A DNA stretch of 64,000 nucleotides from the human T2T-CHM13v2.0 reference genome, Homo sapiens. The position numbers and the translations under genes were made by a program. A model generated the notes under the pieces. It was not told where the DNA came from. It was given only the letters and a program-made list of their open reading frames with translations, and ran no database searches. The stretch lies in the NCBI RefSeq assembly GCF_009914755.1, contig NC_060933.1; one strand, given 5' to 3'. Below are positions 15,333 through 31,085 of this stretch, piece by piece (positions within the stretch are counted from its first letter, which is position 1; each line of letters begins with the position of its first letter).

Positions 15333-15512
15333 CTCTGGGTGATTTTGTTTTTTGTTTTTTTGGACAAATGCGTACAATGGGTCCTGCAAAAAAATGAGAA
15401 CAACAAATCACAAACATGCATTGAACACCTACTATTTATTTACCACTGTCCTTGGATGAGGAGAACATAATACAAGCAGTTTTGTGATGTAACTGGAGAC
15501 AAAGGATGAGTC

Positions 15513-15808
15513 TTTTTTTTTTTTTGAGACCAAGTTTCACTCTTGTTGCCCAGGCTGGAGTACAATGGTGTGCAATCTCGGCTCACCGTAAGCTCCGCTT
15601 CCCGGGTTCAAGCGATTCTCCTGCCTCAGCCTCCCGAGTAGCTGGGATTACAGGCATGTGCAACACACCCGGCTAATTTTGTATTTTTAGTAGAGACGGG
15701 GTTTCTCCATGTTGGTCAGGCTGGTCTCGAACTCCTGACCTCAGGTGATCCGTCTGCCTCGGCCTCCCAAACTGCTGGGATTACAGGCGTAAGCCACAAT
15801 GCCCAGCA
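15513..15808 (-). mobile_element. Alu (AluS-like)
   Basis: Antisense dimer; TSD AAGGATGAGTCT / AAGGATAAGTCT. Confidence 0.95.
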
Positions 15809-16344
15809 AGGATAAGTCTTAAAGTGAGGGACTACTTCCTAGCTCCATGTCACCATCAGATTCTATGCAATAATTGCACCTACTCTGTACCCAAAAGAAA
15901 ATTGGCAACCAAGAAAGTGCTAAGTTGTGCGGAATAGAGAAAAAGCCAATTATGTGATTCAAACGCTGCATGCAAAGGCTTAAAGAAAGGAAGAATTCCA
16001 CAGGCTGTAGGAGTTCCTTGGCTGCCTTCAAGGAAAAAGATGTAGAAAAGGATGCTGAGTTGGATGAGATGCGGCTAACCGTGAAAGGACATGGGAAGGG
16101 GTCATTTTTTCAAAGAAAAAATGTTATTAATAGAAATGTATGAAAATAAACACTAAGGAGACTGCTTAGCCATGTTATCCTTACAACCATAAATTTCCAC
16201 CCGGGTACTTCCCATTTAAATCCATATCTCCCCACGGAAGGTGGAATTCTGATTCCTTTGTTATTCCAACAGCTGTGTTTATCAAGCACGGACTGCAGGG
16301 ATTCTCATCCTGCAGACTGACTTTGCATCCCGTAAGGTAACTGC

Positions 16345-16770
16345 TATGTGTACCCCCCAAATTAATATGCTGTGGCCCCCTACAAATTTATATGTTGAAG
16401 TCCTACCCTCCAGTACCTAAGAATGAGACCTTACTTGGAAAGAGGTCTTTACAAAGTTATTTATAAGGTTAACTGGAGTTATTAGGTTGGCCCTAATCCA
16501 GTGTGACTGGTGTCCTTGTAAGAGGAGGAAATCAGGACACACACACGCAGAAGGACAATCATGTGAGGATGGAGAAGGCGGCTGTTTACAAGACAAGGAA
16601 AGAGGCCTGGAACAGATTCTCCCTCACGGCCTCGGCAGGAACCAACTGGGATGACAGCTTGACCCCCAACTTCAGGCCTCCAGAAGTGTGACACATAATC
16701 CATTTCTGTCATTTAAGATGCCTGCCTAGTCTGTGGTACTTTGTTATAGAAGCCCTAGGAGACCAACATA
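16345..16770 (+). mobile_element. MLT1/MST MaLR LTR
   Basis: GCCCTAATCCAGTGTGACTGGTGTCCTT...GTCTGTGGTACTTTGTTATAG. Confidence 0.85.
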
Positions 16771-16789
16771 GAAACCAACACTTCCAATC

Positions 16790-17108
16790 TGATTTTATTT
16801 ATTTTATTTATTTATGTTAGAGACAGCGTCTTGCTCTGTTGCCCAGGCTGGGGTGCAGTGGTGTGATCACAGCTCACTGCAGCTTCCAACTCCTGGGCTC
16901 AAGTGATCTTCCCACCTCAGCCCCCTGAGTAGTTGGGACTAGAGGCACATGACATCACCTCTATAATTTTTGCATTTTTTTTTTTTTTTTGAGGAGACAG
17001 GGTCTCACTTTGTTGCCCAGATTGGTCTTAAACTCCTAGCCTCAAGTGATCCTTCCACCTTGGCCTCCAAAATGCTGGGATTACAGGCGTGAGCCATCTT
17101 GCCCAGCC
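16790..17108 (-). mobile_element. AluJ-like element
   Basis: Antisense diverged Alu dimer. Confidence 0.9.
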
Positions 17109-17724
17109 CAGTCCTGAAGACCATTCTGTCTGCAGTGGAAAAGGGTCAGGACTAGTAGAACTTTGCTATCTATTATTTCTCATATTTATCAAAACTGCCC
17201 TCCAACTATAGAATTAAGAATTGGTTTTCTCCAGAGGACCACTGGAAATGTTTCAGAAACCCATAGTTTACTCTTCTTTTGTGAAATACATTGCAAGATA
17301 ATGAAATCCTTTCCTGGACACCCAGCTGGCTTGTGCGTGAAGTGATTATGTGTGCCCTTCACCTCATCTTTTCCTCACCAAAGGCGAGAAAAAGGGTAGA
17401 TGGGGAAGAGAGAAACAACGAAGTCACTTTTAATGAAATGCTTGAAATAGGCCTATTCTGAATAAGGCTGTTCAAATGTAGACACTATATTCTGTAGTTA
17501 TATTTCACATTGTCCTGAGTTCCCTGATGGCACTTCTTGCTCAAAGTCCAAGACTTGGCCCTCAGATGTGACCCTGTTGAGCCTGGGCTTCACAAACAGT
17601 CAAATTTGAGCAGAGTGTTAAAATATTGTAATTATCCGGAAAATAATTCTTGGTGGAAAACATTCTGTCTTTTAAAATGGGAGGGCTCTGGACTGCTGAA
17701 TAGGACATTCTGCATCTCAGTGGT

Positions 17725-18020
17725 GTGAAACTAACTGGCTTGGGGCTGCCCCTTACCTTGAATCCCTGCAGAATGAACGCACGCTGGCTGAGGAGTGCTA
17801 TCTCTGTAACATCCAGCCAGTCTCAGCCAGTCTCCGGCAGCTGACTAATTAAACTACACCCAAATAAGGCAAACGCTGAACATAGCCAATCCAGCTACTT
17901 CTGTGCCTCACTTTTCTTTCTCTGAACTTCTGCTGGTTCTGAGGGCTGCCCAATTTGCCAGTCTTCTTTGCTCAAATAAACTCTGTTAAATTGAATTTGT
18001 CTAAAGTATTTATTTTAACA
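17725..18020 (+). mobile_element. MER57-like ERV1 LTR fragment
   Basis: GCTCAAATAAACTCTGTTAAATT...TTTTAACA LTR 3' end. Confidence 0.55.
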
Positions 18021-19109
18021 ATGGTGAAGGAGGGCTAGATGTTAGCTCCCTGTCTTCCCTGTAGATAACAAGCAGATGGCTTCCCAATTTGGGATGCGTG
18101 CCTAATGAGAGACAATAGGGCCTGGGAAGACAGTTTGGTCCCACGAGGAATCTTTTCACCAAAATTGCAGGAGTTCATGCCAGGCACCCGGGAGTTCATG
18201 CCAGTTATTAGGGTGGCCCTAATCCAGTGTGACTGGTGTCCTTATAAGAAGAGGAAATTAGGACACACACAGGAATAACGACATGAAATACACGACTTGA
18301 ATGCTATTACTGTGTTTATTCTCATAAAGAAAAAAAGTAAGTTCTATTCCTTGCTGCCACCAGAACTTAAGCATTATACCTTTCAGGGAGAAAGGGATCG
18401 GGGAAAATCTGGAGCTAGGATGCAAGACAGTTAAAGAACTGCCTGTGGCAACCTTTTCCCCAAGCAAGAAGACCCACTGTGCCTCTGCAGGCCAGAACAA
18501 AGCTCTGCAAAGCACAAAAGCAATGGAGTCAGGGGTGGATGCAAACACCCTCCTTGGCAGTGTCGCTGGAAAATTCACCACCATCATCCCCTTGACTAGC
18601 TGCACGAGAGCTCCAAATCTTGGGGGCAAGTTCCAACACTCACTTGCCATCTAGGAGACATCAGAGACCTACTTTGCCTGAAATCGCTCATTGGGCAATT
18701 AATGGTGCTCCTAAGGATTCATTTATGAACTCACGATTCCTGGCAGTGCTTGTTTGGCAAAAGCTGTTTGTTCCCAGGAGCCAGAGACAGCTCTCAGTAG
18801 CCAGGGCTGATTCAAAATTGCATCCTGGGAAGTTCCCGTTCATAAATGGGGTTCCCCAGAGAACAGACCAAAGGAATCCTGGAACTCCCACAGGGTGGAG
18901 AGTTCTCTGGAATCCTCAGGTTGCCTTTATATGTCTTTCTGGCTTTGCTCCATACGGGTAAGGAAAAGCTGATGGGCTACTCCCAGCAAGCAAGGGGCTG
19001 GGAGACAAAGTGTGGCAGAGCCCTGGGTGTCCTCCTCCTGTACAGACCTTGGGCAGTCTGCTCAGAAGGGGCCAGGACATCAGGAAAGCTGAATTGATTT
19101 TATTCTAAT

Positions 19110-19395
19110 CTGTATGATACTACATGGTGATTGCATCAATATACATTTGTCAAAACCCATAGAATCTACAACACCAAGGGTGAACTCTCATGTAAACTAT
19201 GGACTTTGGGTGATAATAATGTGTCAGTGTAGGTTCAGCAATTTTACAAGTGTGCCGCTCTGCTGTGGGAAGTCCGTAGTCAGGGAGGTTGTGCATCTGT
19301 GAGAATAGCAGGATATATGGGAACTCTCTGGACTTTCCACTCAGGATTCCTGTGAACCTAAATCTACTCTAGAAATAAAGTTTATTGATTTAAAA
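19110..19395 (+). mobile_element. L1MC 3' end fragment
   Basis: ATACATTTGTCAAAACCCATAGAA...GTAAACTATGGACTTTGGGTGATAAT. Confidence 0.8.
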
Positions 19396-19429
19396 AGCTC
19401 ATATGCTGATTTCCACTCTGGGCTTTATA

Positions 19430-20280
19430 CGACTTTTCTGTCTAATTTCTTTACAATGCTTTATTCTTTTTTTACAAACCTTAATTTGAACTAATATATA
19501 TTTTCAATCTTAGTTTAGTAGTGCATTTCAAGTTTATAAATATTCTCTTCATGTAACACTTTAGCTGCAAGGCACACATTTTTATTTTTGGTATCTTCTT
19601 GTTGTTATAAATACTTAAGAATCTCTATTGTTATTTTCTCTTTAGTATGTGACTTATATTTAGGTTTACATTTTTAATTCTTATTATTTTCCCTTTAGTT
19701 ATATTGAAGTTGGAGCACATGGTTTCTATGACATATACTCTGAATTCAGTTTTTTGGGGGGAAATAGCATATGATTGGTTTTTATAAGTATTCTACATAA
19801 CCTTAAAAGGAATATAGATTCTCTAGCTACTGAGTGCAACAGTCTATCCTGAGTCTAGCTACTCAGGTGGCTGATGCAGGAGGATCACTTGAGCCAGGAG
19901 TTGGAAGCTGCAGTGAGCTGGGATCACACACACTGCTTGGGTGTTTGTATCGAATCAAGCTTATTAATTTTATAGCCCAAATCTTCTACTGCCTGACTAA
20001 TCATGTATCTGATATGGCAGTTTGTGATATAATTTTACCAAAATATCCCACTTTTCTCTTTCTTCTTGTAATTATGTCAATTTTTTACTTCATATATTTC
20101 AAAGCTATGTTGATGAGTGCATATAAATTCATGGCTGTTATTACTTCTTGGTATATTATTCCTTTTTTCATAATGTATTATCTATTTTAATCCCTATTTA
20201 TGCTCTCTGCCAAATTCTATTTTGCCTGTTAGAAATATTGCTGCATAAGCTTTCTTTTAATTGCGACTTGTCTGGTATAT
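19430..20280 (-). mobile_element. Very old L1 fragment containing an Alu right-arm fragment (about 19850-19935)
   Basis: T-rich degenerate L1 antisense; GGAGGATCACTTGAGCCAGGAG. Confidence 0.55.
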
Positions 20281-21771
20281 CTGGAAACCTGAATTTAAAT
20301 CCTGGCTCTGATTTTAACTCGTTATGCATTAGGTGGAAGGCTGAGACAAGCCACTCAACCACAATTTCCTTACTGGTGAGATTAAAATGCTGGGCTGGAC
20401 AGATCCCAACACCTCCAGCTCTGACATCCTGTTAGCAGCCTGTTCAGCAGTCACCACAGGGGCTGGTTAGCACCTCCTCCCTGGCCCTTCTCAGCCCTGC
20501 AGCACCAACCTCCTACCAGAGATGTCTGCATGGGGTGGTGTAGTCATATATTCTTTTCTTTGTAAGGTTAAACTCCTCTGAAATGGAACTTGGGGAAACT
20601 GTCTTCTACAGCAGGCTCAGGGATCTCCTCCTTGACATTATCTAGTCCTCAGTTTCAACATATTTTATTTTCTGACTAATCTTGTCTTGATATGGGGGGA
20701 AATCAAATTTACCATGAAGCTCCCCAGTTTCTGTTAGCTCAGTTTGAACCCCTCCTTTAGGTTTTACCAGGCTCTTTAAGGCACACACTGAGTCTTCTGC
20801 AGACACTCTAGCTATCAGAGACGCTCCTGTCTTCCGAGCAGCCGGCTCACCCATTTCTCTGTCCCAAATGGCATCTAGGTGCAGGGAGGCACATCCCAGC
20901 CTCGAGGCATTGGAGGAGCCTGCTGCTCCGGATTAGCTGCCCACTGCTTAGCTGTCTCACCCTGGTCTCTGGCTCCACTTGCTCTGCAGCTACCTGTACT
21001 CCCCCATGCTGCACAAATGGGGCTCAGACGATGCTCCTGGGAGGTCCCCATCTCAGCCCCTGGGGGCACAAATCCTTCAGGGTCTGTGTGCAACTCCCAC
21101 TGGGTCCCACCCTCAGCTCCTACTCTGGGGTCCCTGTGCACCTTGTTCTGGTGCCCTTGAAAGCTCCAACCAGCAATCTCAGGCACAGTCCCTGTCCTGT
21201 GGCTTCCACAGAGAAAAGGCCCCAGGCTAGGCCATCATCTGAAGCTTCACTCTTAGCCATTGCTGCTTGGCCATGGCTGTCTTGGGAAGTTCCAAATAGG
21301 AGCAGGGATAAGCCCACACTACATTGCACTCCACCTCACTCCATTTGGGGTCTATACCTTCTCACGGAGGGCTGATAACATCCTCACCTTGGCCCTGTCC
21401 TTCCCTACAAACCTCCCTCTCCAATCCATCCCCCTGCCCACCTGGAGGCATGAGACCCCCTCCTTGGCCTCCCTGTTGAGGGATTCCCCTGTGCAGAGCC
21501 TCAGATCTCTCTGCCTGGGCTAAGAGGGCATGTATGGTCAGAACTGCTCATCTTCACTCTTTATATATGATGGCAAGTTTGGGAATTCCAAACTCTGTCT
21601 CTCTCTCCACAAAGCTGGGCTTGCTTTCTCACCAAGTGCTTCAAGAGTTTATCTTAGAAGTTAAAAGCTAGACATTGCCTCTTTCTCTTTGTTTTCATCC
21701 ATAAAATGTCTAATCTTCCCCAGATAACATAAGGCCCTGGCTGAAGAAGAAGATCACATTGAAGAAGGTAG

Positions 21772-22138
<367 letters not shown>

Positions 22139-23261
22139 GCTTTTACTTCTTTAAGGGGTTCAAAAGCCTCATTCTGTTGATTGGCAGAGAGGGACATTGA
22201 GGTGTTCTGGGAAAAACCCCTTCCCTCATGCCTTATTTCATGGGTTTAGACACATGGAGAAGAGACTATATTATAGGACATCATCTGTGGTCCCTAAATA
22301 GGTGTGTTCTTTCAGGGAAGAACACCTTTGTGGAAATATTTTTACCATTTTGGCACTTTATGTCATGCTATATTGCCACATACTTTCTACTCCTACAGTA
22401 ATTATGATTATCCACACACTAAGGGGAACCAGAGCTAGTTTTTAATAGCCAATAAAGGATAATGTTAGCATTAACGGCGCTGGCTTGGAAAAAAGCCTGG
22501 CTGTGCTTGGATCCTAAGGGTCCCAGCGAGACCTTCTTCTCCCCTTTATTTCAGACAGCTGGGGCTCCCCCACTCTTATGCCCCTGAAGCTGGGCTTGTG
22601 GGTTACCCAACTGGCTTGCTTTTCAAGACTGTGCACTAGGAAATCGGTAGAATTTCTCTGTGCCCTGGTCTCAGTCCAATAAGAGATGATGAGTGTAAAA
22701 TATCCGGCACTTATTAGAGGTGGGTAAATAGGAAAACACTGACATTTGCCCTGTGAATTTGGCAAAGCAGGAAAGTTTATTCTCCTGACCCGTGGAAACT
22801 GTACAATAACAAATGCTTATTGTTTTAAGCTGCTGTTTGTGGTCGTTTTTTCAGCAACAGAAAACGAATCCACTGGAAATTGGAATTCTAGTGCTTTTTG
22901 AACTCTTTATCGCCCCGCCTCCCATTTTTTAATGGATAGGAAAGGTGGAAACACTCATCATGTGTATCTTGTGTACGCACTAGGGAAAGTTTAACAGTTG
23001 CTATGAGAACTTGCTTGGACCCCTGCCTTTCCAGCCTTCCTCTATGTAGTTATCAGAGTATAATAGACAGGACCTGGACAGACCCAGTAAGACAGACCTT
23101 TACTGCTTTCATGGAGAGGCAAGAGATGGGAGTCACCCGAGGCATGGGGAATATTTCCTTGGCTTGAATGACTCAGCATTGTCCTCCCATTTGAGGTCCA
23201 AGAAGAGGAATTATATATTTTTTAATATTTTTCTTTCATCACTAGTACTATACTGAATGAT

Positions 23262-23650
23262 AAAAAGAATGAGATGGATGAATAGATGGATGGATGGAAG
23301 GATGACTGGGTGAATAGATGGGTGGATGACTGGATGGATGGATGGAGGATGGAAGGATGAGTGGATGAGTGGGTGGAGGTTGGATGGATGGATGGATGGG
23401 TGGGTGGAGGATGGATGGATGAGTGGATGAGTGGGTGGAGGTTGGATGGATGGATGGATGGATGGGTGGATGGGTGGGTGGATGGATAGGTAGGTGGATG
23501 CATGGGTGGATGAGTGGATGAATGGGTGAATGGATGGAGGATGAATGCTGGGTGGATGAGTGAATTGAGTAGATGGGTGGATGGTTGAATAGATAGATGG
23601 GTGGGTGAATGGATAGATGGATGGATAATGAATGATGAATGGATTTATGG
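23262..23650. repeat. (TGGA)n / GGAT-rich microsatellite
   Basis: Direct reading. Confidence 0.95.
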
Positions 23651-25601
23651 AGGTCAAGCATGCTGTTAGTCTCTTGTGAGCTTGGGCCCATTCTAGGACC
23701 TGGACTTACATTTTGTTTCTGTAATGGAAATGTGTCCCTGCCCTTGCCCTTGCCAGCCTCCTCACCTATACCCCTAAAGGTGCAAGGCTGCCAGAGAGCC
23801 TGTCTTGATTACTGCATCTTCCCTATTCCTGGATCCTGGATCCCAACCTGAGCTGAACAGCCATGTCTTGGAGCCTTGGCTGCCATTAACTGTGGTCTTA
23901 CAAATTTCCTCCATGGATGACCTTGGGGTTAAACCTAGTTTCTGCTTCCCCTCCATCCTCATGGGTCTGCAGTTCTCAGGAATCCCTCTCCCCTGACCTG
24001 GCTTGTCTAACTGTTGCCCACCCACTCCCCTCCCTGACAGGTGCTGTAAAACGTAGTCTCAGCAGGCATGCACCACGCCATATGGGATATTGTAGAATAG
24101 TGTGGTTACTATTTTGGGGAATACGCTCACATACTATTTTGGGGAATACACTTGCAGAAACACGATGATGGCAGCCACCTCCGGGTGGCTTGCATGGAAG
24201 CAGGAAAAAGTGTTTCCAGCTCCTACGCTTGGCTCCTACGTGCTCCATTGCATAGGCAAGGTCGGGGGACTGTGAGCTCACCAGGGAAACTGCTGTAGAA
24301 TGGGATTAGCCCCTCAGGTTTTATTGAGGTGGGTATGCTGAGCTACCTGACTTGCTCTTTTGGCAAAGTTGAGGTCTCGTGGGGCCATCTTGGACAGCTG
24401 TCTGGGCAGCTGTGGAAGTGGACAGTGCCCTGGTCTCAGGGGAGGAGGGTGTCGTGAGCTGCTTCAGCCCAGGGCTCCCCGTCACTGCCACCTGGCAAGG
24501 TGGGAGAGCTAAGCAGGCCCTCAGGAGCACACACTAAAGCCAAGCAAAAGCACATGGGTTCATCAAAGCCACATGAAAATCGAAGAGGCTGGAGTTGGGT
24601 TTCCTCCCCAATCCCACATGAAGCACAATGCTGGAAAAGTCATTGTGAGGAGCTTTATAGTCTTTTTTAAAGAATTCATGAAGATTACATAATTTTCAGT
24701 TAAAATATCATTTTCAGCCCGAGATTAATGTGCTTCTCAGGACAGGGCCACTTCTTAAAGGCCTAGCACTAAAAATTGCATCCATTTTTGTCTATCAGAT
24801 TCTGCTTTAGATGCATTTTTTCAACTGTCCCTAATAACAGTTCTGTGGGTGGGTTATTAATATTACTCCCATTTACCAGTGAAAACAAATGAGCGGGGCC
24901 ACACAGCTAGTTAACAGCAGAACCAGGGTTCAAAGTGTGCCCGGACAGCTCCACAGGGCAAGATGCTGGTGGTGCGACACCCTGCAGGTCGAACTAAGGA
25001 GGCAAGAGGCTCATCGGGACCTGGTGACTTCACATGGATGTCGCTGCTGGGAAGAGCTTTCTTGCTTGTTTCAGTTCAATTCTCAGCCCCATATCCTGGC
25101 TGGGGTGGTGCCAGAGGCCCCCAGGTTTGGGTGTTCTCAGAGCTAGCACCCCATGCCGTCTGGCATTTGGCTCTGTGAATGTGTGGGTGCTATTTAACCT
25201 AACCTCTGCTTCTCACATGTAACATGGGAAAGCTAGCAGTACCCACATCTCATACCGTGGCTGTGAAGAAGGCACGTTTATAAAGTACCTAAGCCAGTGC
25301 CTGACACAAAATAAGCACTAAATAATTGTTAGCTGTGGTTATTAATCATGCAACAGATGTTGGTTTTGTTGAAGAAAAGGTGTCCTTAATGGTTAGTCCC
25401 TACAGGAAAAAGCCCTGGACACCTGATCTGAACAGCAACTTGTTATGATTGATGTTCCACGGCTGAGCACAGGGTTGGAGACAGATCACGTGGGTGCTGT
25501 GGATGCCGTGGATGATGGTGATGATGCAGGAAATGCTGTGTTGCCTCGACAGACTTGGGGCTTGAGATACTACTCAGCAGCCCTGTCAGAGACGTCAGTG
25601 A

Positions 25602-26226
<625 letters not shown>

Positions 26227-27029
26227 CAAATAAGTCTTCATGATGACAAACCTTGAATGTATCAGCCCAAAACAACTTTCTGCTAGATGGGGGCACTCTT
26301 TACTACAATATCCGTCAGGATGAAATGTACATGGCCATTTCCCCAGCCAATGCAGAAGTGCTCACAGCTTGTTTTCTGTATGTGAATGTTAATGGTGTCT
26401 CTGCTGGATGAAACACGGGTTGCAGAGTGTGTAAAGCAAGCCCCTGCAGAACCTGGAGGGACTACTCAACACGGGGTGGTGCTTTACAAAGAGCGCTTTG
26501 ATGTGGTCGGCCACAGTCAGAGCTGCCCAGCAGCCTCTCCTGTGGCGCCTCCAGTGGCATCGCACACACCCAAGCCTGATGTGCTGTTCTCATCTTTGGA
26601 GCGAATCCTAGCTTATAGAATGCTCTGGAAATGTTGCCAGAGAATGATGAAAGGTGTTAATTTGACTATTAAAACTCAACAAAAGGGCCTCCTTGTTAAT
26701 AAAGGACAATTTCAGACAGGAAAGAAACTAAAACAACATCGAAACTGCTACTGAAGTCATCCAACTTTACAGAGTGTCTTAGAGGGAATCGCATTTCTTA
26801 TACAGAATCAATACTAAAAATAGCAATGAAAACAAGTTGGTGCCTTCTTCAAACTACACACAGTAACTTGAGGATATCGGTTCTTTGGGTCTGAGAGTCC
26901 CAACCAAACACTAGGGCAAGGCTATAAGTCAGTGCCTTGTTCACTCAGTATCCCATAAAATGCTCCTTCATCCACACTTTTGGTTTTTCTCCCCTCATGC
27001 TCCCACTTAGACTAGTGGTGGACATTGGG

Positions 27030-27310
27030 CAGAGGAGGGCTCTGGCCAAATCCCCCCTCTACTCTACCCCAGCTTGTGGGGCTGAGCAATTTGTCCATGC
27101 CCCTGAGTCCCAGCTCCCTGTGTAACAGGGAACAATAGTACTAGAGTTGCTGGGATGACTCAGTAAGACGAAGGGGAGAACTAGCATCTATGTAAAATGC
27201 TTAGTACAGTGCTTGGCAAGTTCTGTCTTTGACAAACGTTAGTTGCTGTTATATTGTTGTTGTTATTGCTGTCATTGTTATTATTATTATTGTTAGTAGT
27301 AGTAGTAGTC
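27030..27310. mobile_element. MIR fragment ending in (TTG/TTA/GTA)n
   Basis: TGTAAAATGCTTAGTACAGTGCTTGGCA motif. Confidence 0.6.
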
Positions 27311-27925
27311 AATTCTTCCAGACAATCATCCCACCTTTCTGGCCAGCTTGACTCTGGTGAGGCACTTTGTGAACATTCAGAGGTGACTGCTCTATGCTGC
27401 ACTCAGGTCAGGCCCAGTAGGATTCTAACCATTTCCATCCGTTCATTGAGATGTTTATCAAGAGTCGAACGTGGCATGGAATTGACACACGAGTGTTTTA
27501 GAAGCGACTCTCTAATAGTATAAATTGAATATTCAAAAAAACGACAGCCTGTTTTCTCACTGGAGACCTTAATTAAAGAAGTGTCTTACTGACTGTTTCG
27601 TAAATGAATCTCGCTTCTTACGTGAAAGCCCTGGATAATAGGTGCGTAGCACCGGGATGGAGAAATCTCTCTTAGGCCTCATCAACCAAGTGTTCCTGGA
27701 ATAACTGATGGGCTCCAAAGTGCAGTACTGACAACACAGGGAAATTTGGGGCTGTGACTTCTTAGTCGGGTGGAAAGGAGAAAGAAAAAAGCATTCCTCT
27801 TCATTTCTGAATGCCTCAACCTAAACCAAACAGTTCAGTTTTAGAAGGCTGTAGAGTCAGGCTTAATGAAGTCTACAAATGACCAATGTGTAGAATGCTG
27901 AGAAAAATTCTCCAAGAGTTTTTTA

Positions 27926-28481
<556 letters not shown>

Positions 28482-28699
28482 ACCTGGCCTTCCTTTCTTC
28501 TTATTTTCCTTCATTCGTTATATCGTTTTTCCCTCCCACACGTTTTTCATTAACTAGCCCAGGAGTTCTTAACTTTTGTTTTTAACTCTCTTTAGGCCAC
28601 AGACTAATATTTTGAATTCCATGAAAGGAATGGAGTTTCTCCCCAGAAAAGTGAACAAACGCACAATGCGGACCTCCTGGAACCTCTGAGCACTCAGCT

Positions 28700-29122
28700 A
28701 GATAGACAGATGGTAGGTAGGTAGGTATATAGATAGGAAGAGGGCAGGTAAGTAAGTGGAGAGACAGATAGTGGGTAGGTAGATAGAAGACAGGTAGAGG
28801 ACAGGTAGATAGGTAGGTAGATGATAGATAGATATGCATATGATAGGTAGGTAGACAGATACACTGGTAGATAGATGATAGGTAGACAAAGAGATAGACA
28901 GATGATAGGTAGATAGGTAGATTTATTTCAAGGAATGGCTCATGCAGTTACGGAAGCTGACAACCCCAAAATCTGGGAGTGGGCCAGCAGGCAAGAGACT
29001 CAGGGAAGAGTCGATGGTGCAGTTTACGTCCAAAGGCTCTTACAGAGACACCGTGAATAATATGTGACCACTCATTCGGGCACTGTGGTTCAGACATGTC
29101 CACACATAACGTGAACCATCAT
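28700..29122. mobile_element. (TAGA/TAGG)n microsatellite plus MLT2 (ERVL) LTR fragment
   Basis: GATTTATTTCAAGGAATGGCTCATGCAGTTA...CCCAAAATCTG. Confidence 0.7.
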
Positions 29123-30822
29123 AAGGGGCCAGGGCCTGGGATCAGAGAACCAGGAATCAGTCCAGCCAGGGCCAGCATCCTTGATAGTTCTTTTCTTCCC
29201 CTGGGCTCCTCAGCCCTTGCTCACTGTATTAACTGGCTTCCCCTTGACGTTCTCTCCCCCATGTGAGTGGGAGGCTTGCCAAGAGAAAGTCCCTGACGCA
29301 GGGGTTTCCCAACACATGATGAAGCCATCTTCAGGAAAGCAGGTCAGGCACTAGCGTGAGTTTTATTTGTTATTTGTGTATTGCTTTTGGCAAACGACAG
29401 AGCAGGCCAATCCTGGGTGTAGAATTGGCACAACTCCACATCCCCCACCCTCACCATCATGGCAGTAGCCCAGGTTCCCACACCAGAGGGAGCACAGAGT
29501 TCTGACGGGGCTCCCTGCAGCCTGCTTTGGAGGAGGCGGCTTCCCCGGGGCTGGTTTCTAAGCAGCACATCGCCCATTCCAGCAAGAACTGGGAGTGCTG
29601 GGGGGACACTGGACCTCAAATGATGTATGTGTGAGTGGCAAGAGGGTGTTGTCGTGGCCTCGAGGAGATGACAGATTCCGGGAGGGGACAGCCATTCCTG
29701 CGGCTGCCAGGTCAGGAGGCGACCCTCACAACTGCTTGGCGCTGTGGAGGGAGCAGGGGGCAGTGCCAGCTCGTTCCACCCATGTAGTTCTGGGGACTTG
29801 TCCCTAATGGATGTTTGAGTGGGGAGGGGTCTTCCTGCCTCCACCCATCAGTGTCTGTGACCACAGGCCCTTTCTGTGGCCAGACACTCATTGCAGCCCT
29901 GGCAAAGGACAGCTGAGTCAGGGCATTGGTTCATATCGAACAGATGCCATCACGGACTCCGTTCACTCTCAGTATTTTCAGGTGTCCCCAAGGGCCCACC
30001 CCAGCCTCTTGGTGAAGAGGGACCCAACCTGAGCCCAGCCCCCAGAGCTCCTGGACATCTCCTGGCTCCTGCCTGCCCATGTCAACATGAGACTCCACAG
30101 GGATAAAATGCAACAGAGGTCTCATTGCATTTTCTGTAATTTAATCCTCTGCAGCTCTTTGGGGGCAGTTGTTAAATGGAAATGGAAATCAAAACAAAAT
30201 AAAACAAAAAGTGCCCCACATTTCCTAACAGACAACGTTGCCAGGGTACACCTACTTGGGAAATAAGATTTTTTTTTTTAATCCTTCTTTTTCACCTGGA
30301 CACTGTGTCCCTCAAGCCTATGGGAGATTACTCAACTTCCTGAAAGAAAATGTTGAGCCAGAATTATGCAGAGATTCAGAAGTATAAGGGAAAGAAACGC
30401 AACGCACTCAGGTATCTCAGTGAAAGCTACAAGGGTTAGGAACTCCGTCCCCTCCACATCAGAATGCTCTGAGGTGTCAGCCCAGAGCATCATCGCATAG
30501 CCACAGAAGGGAACGTTAGGCAGAGGCCCCTCCCTAGCCATGTTGGCCTCACAATCCCCACCAGCCCATGCCTGTGAAGGAGACAGACACTGTCCAATAT
30601 ATACGTGCCCAGTACCACCAGGCCCTGTCCTTTTTCTTACTCTCTCCTGATCCTGCAAAAATGATGAAGGAGAGGCATAGGTGTGTCTTGACTGTCAGTG
30701 ATGATGGGACATTCTACAGTCTCATCAATTCCTAAGCCTCAGGGGACCGTGGACACAGCCTGATCCTGCCTGCGTCCTCCCACAGCTCCATGCCTGCTCC
30801 CAGTGTGCTTCCAGAACAGCAG

Positions 30823-31085
<263 letters not shown>

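Noticed and set aside
29344-29844. 166-aa ORF in GC-richer sequence
   Set aside because: No homology recognised; length is compatible with chance in stop-poor GC-rich DNA.
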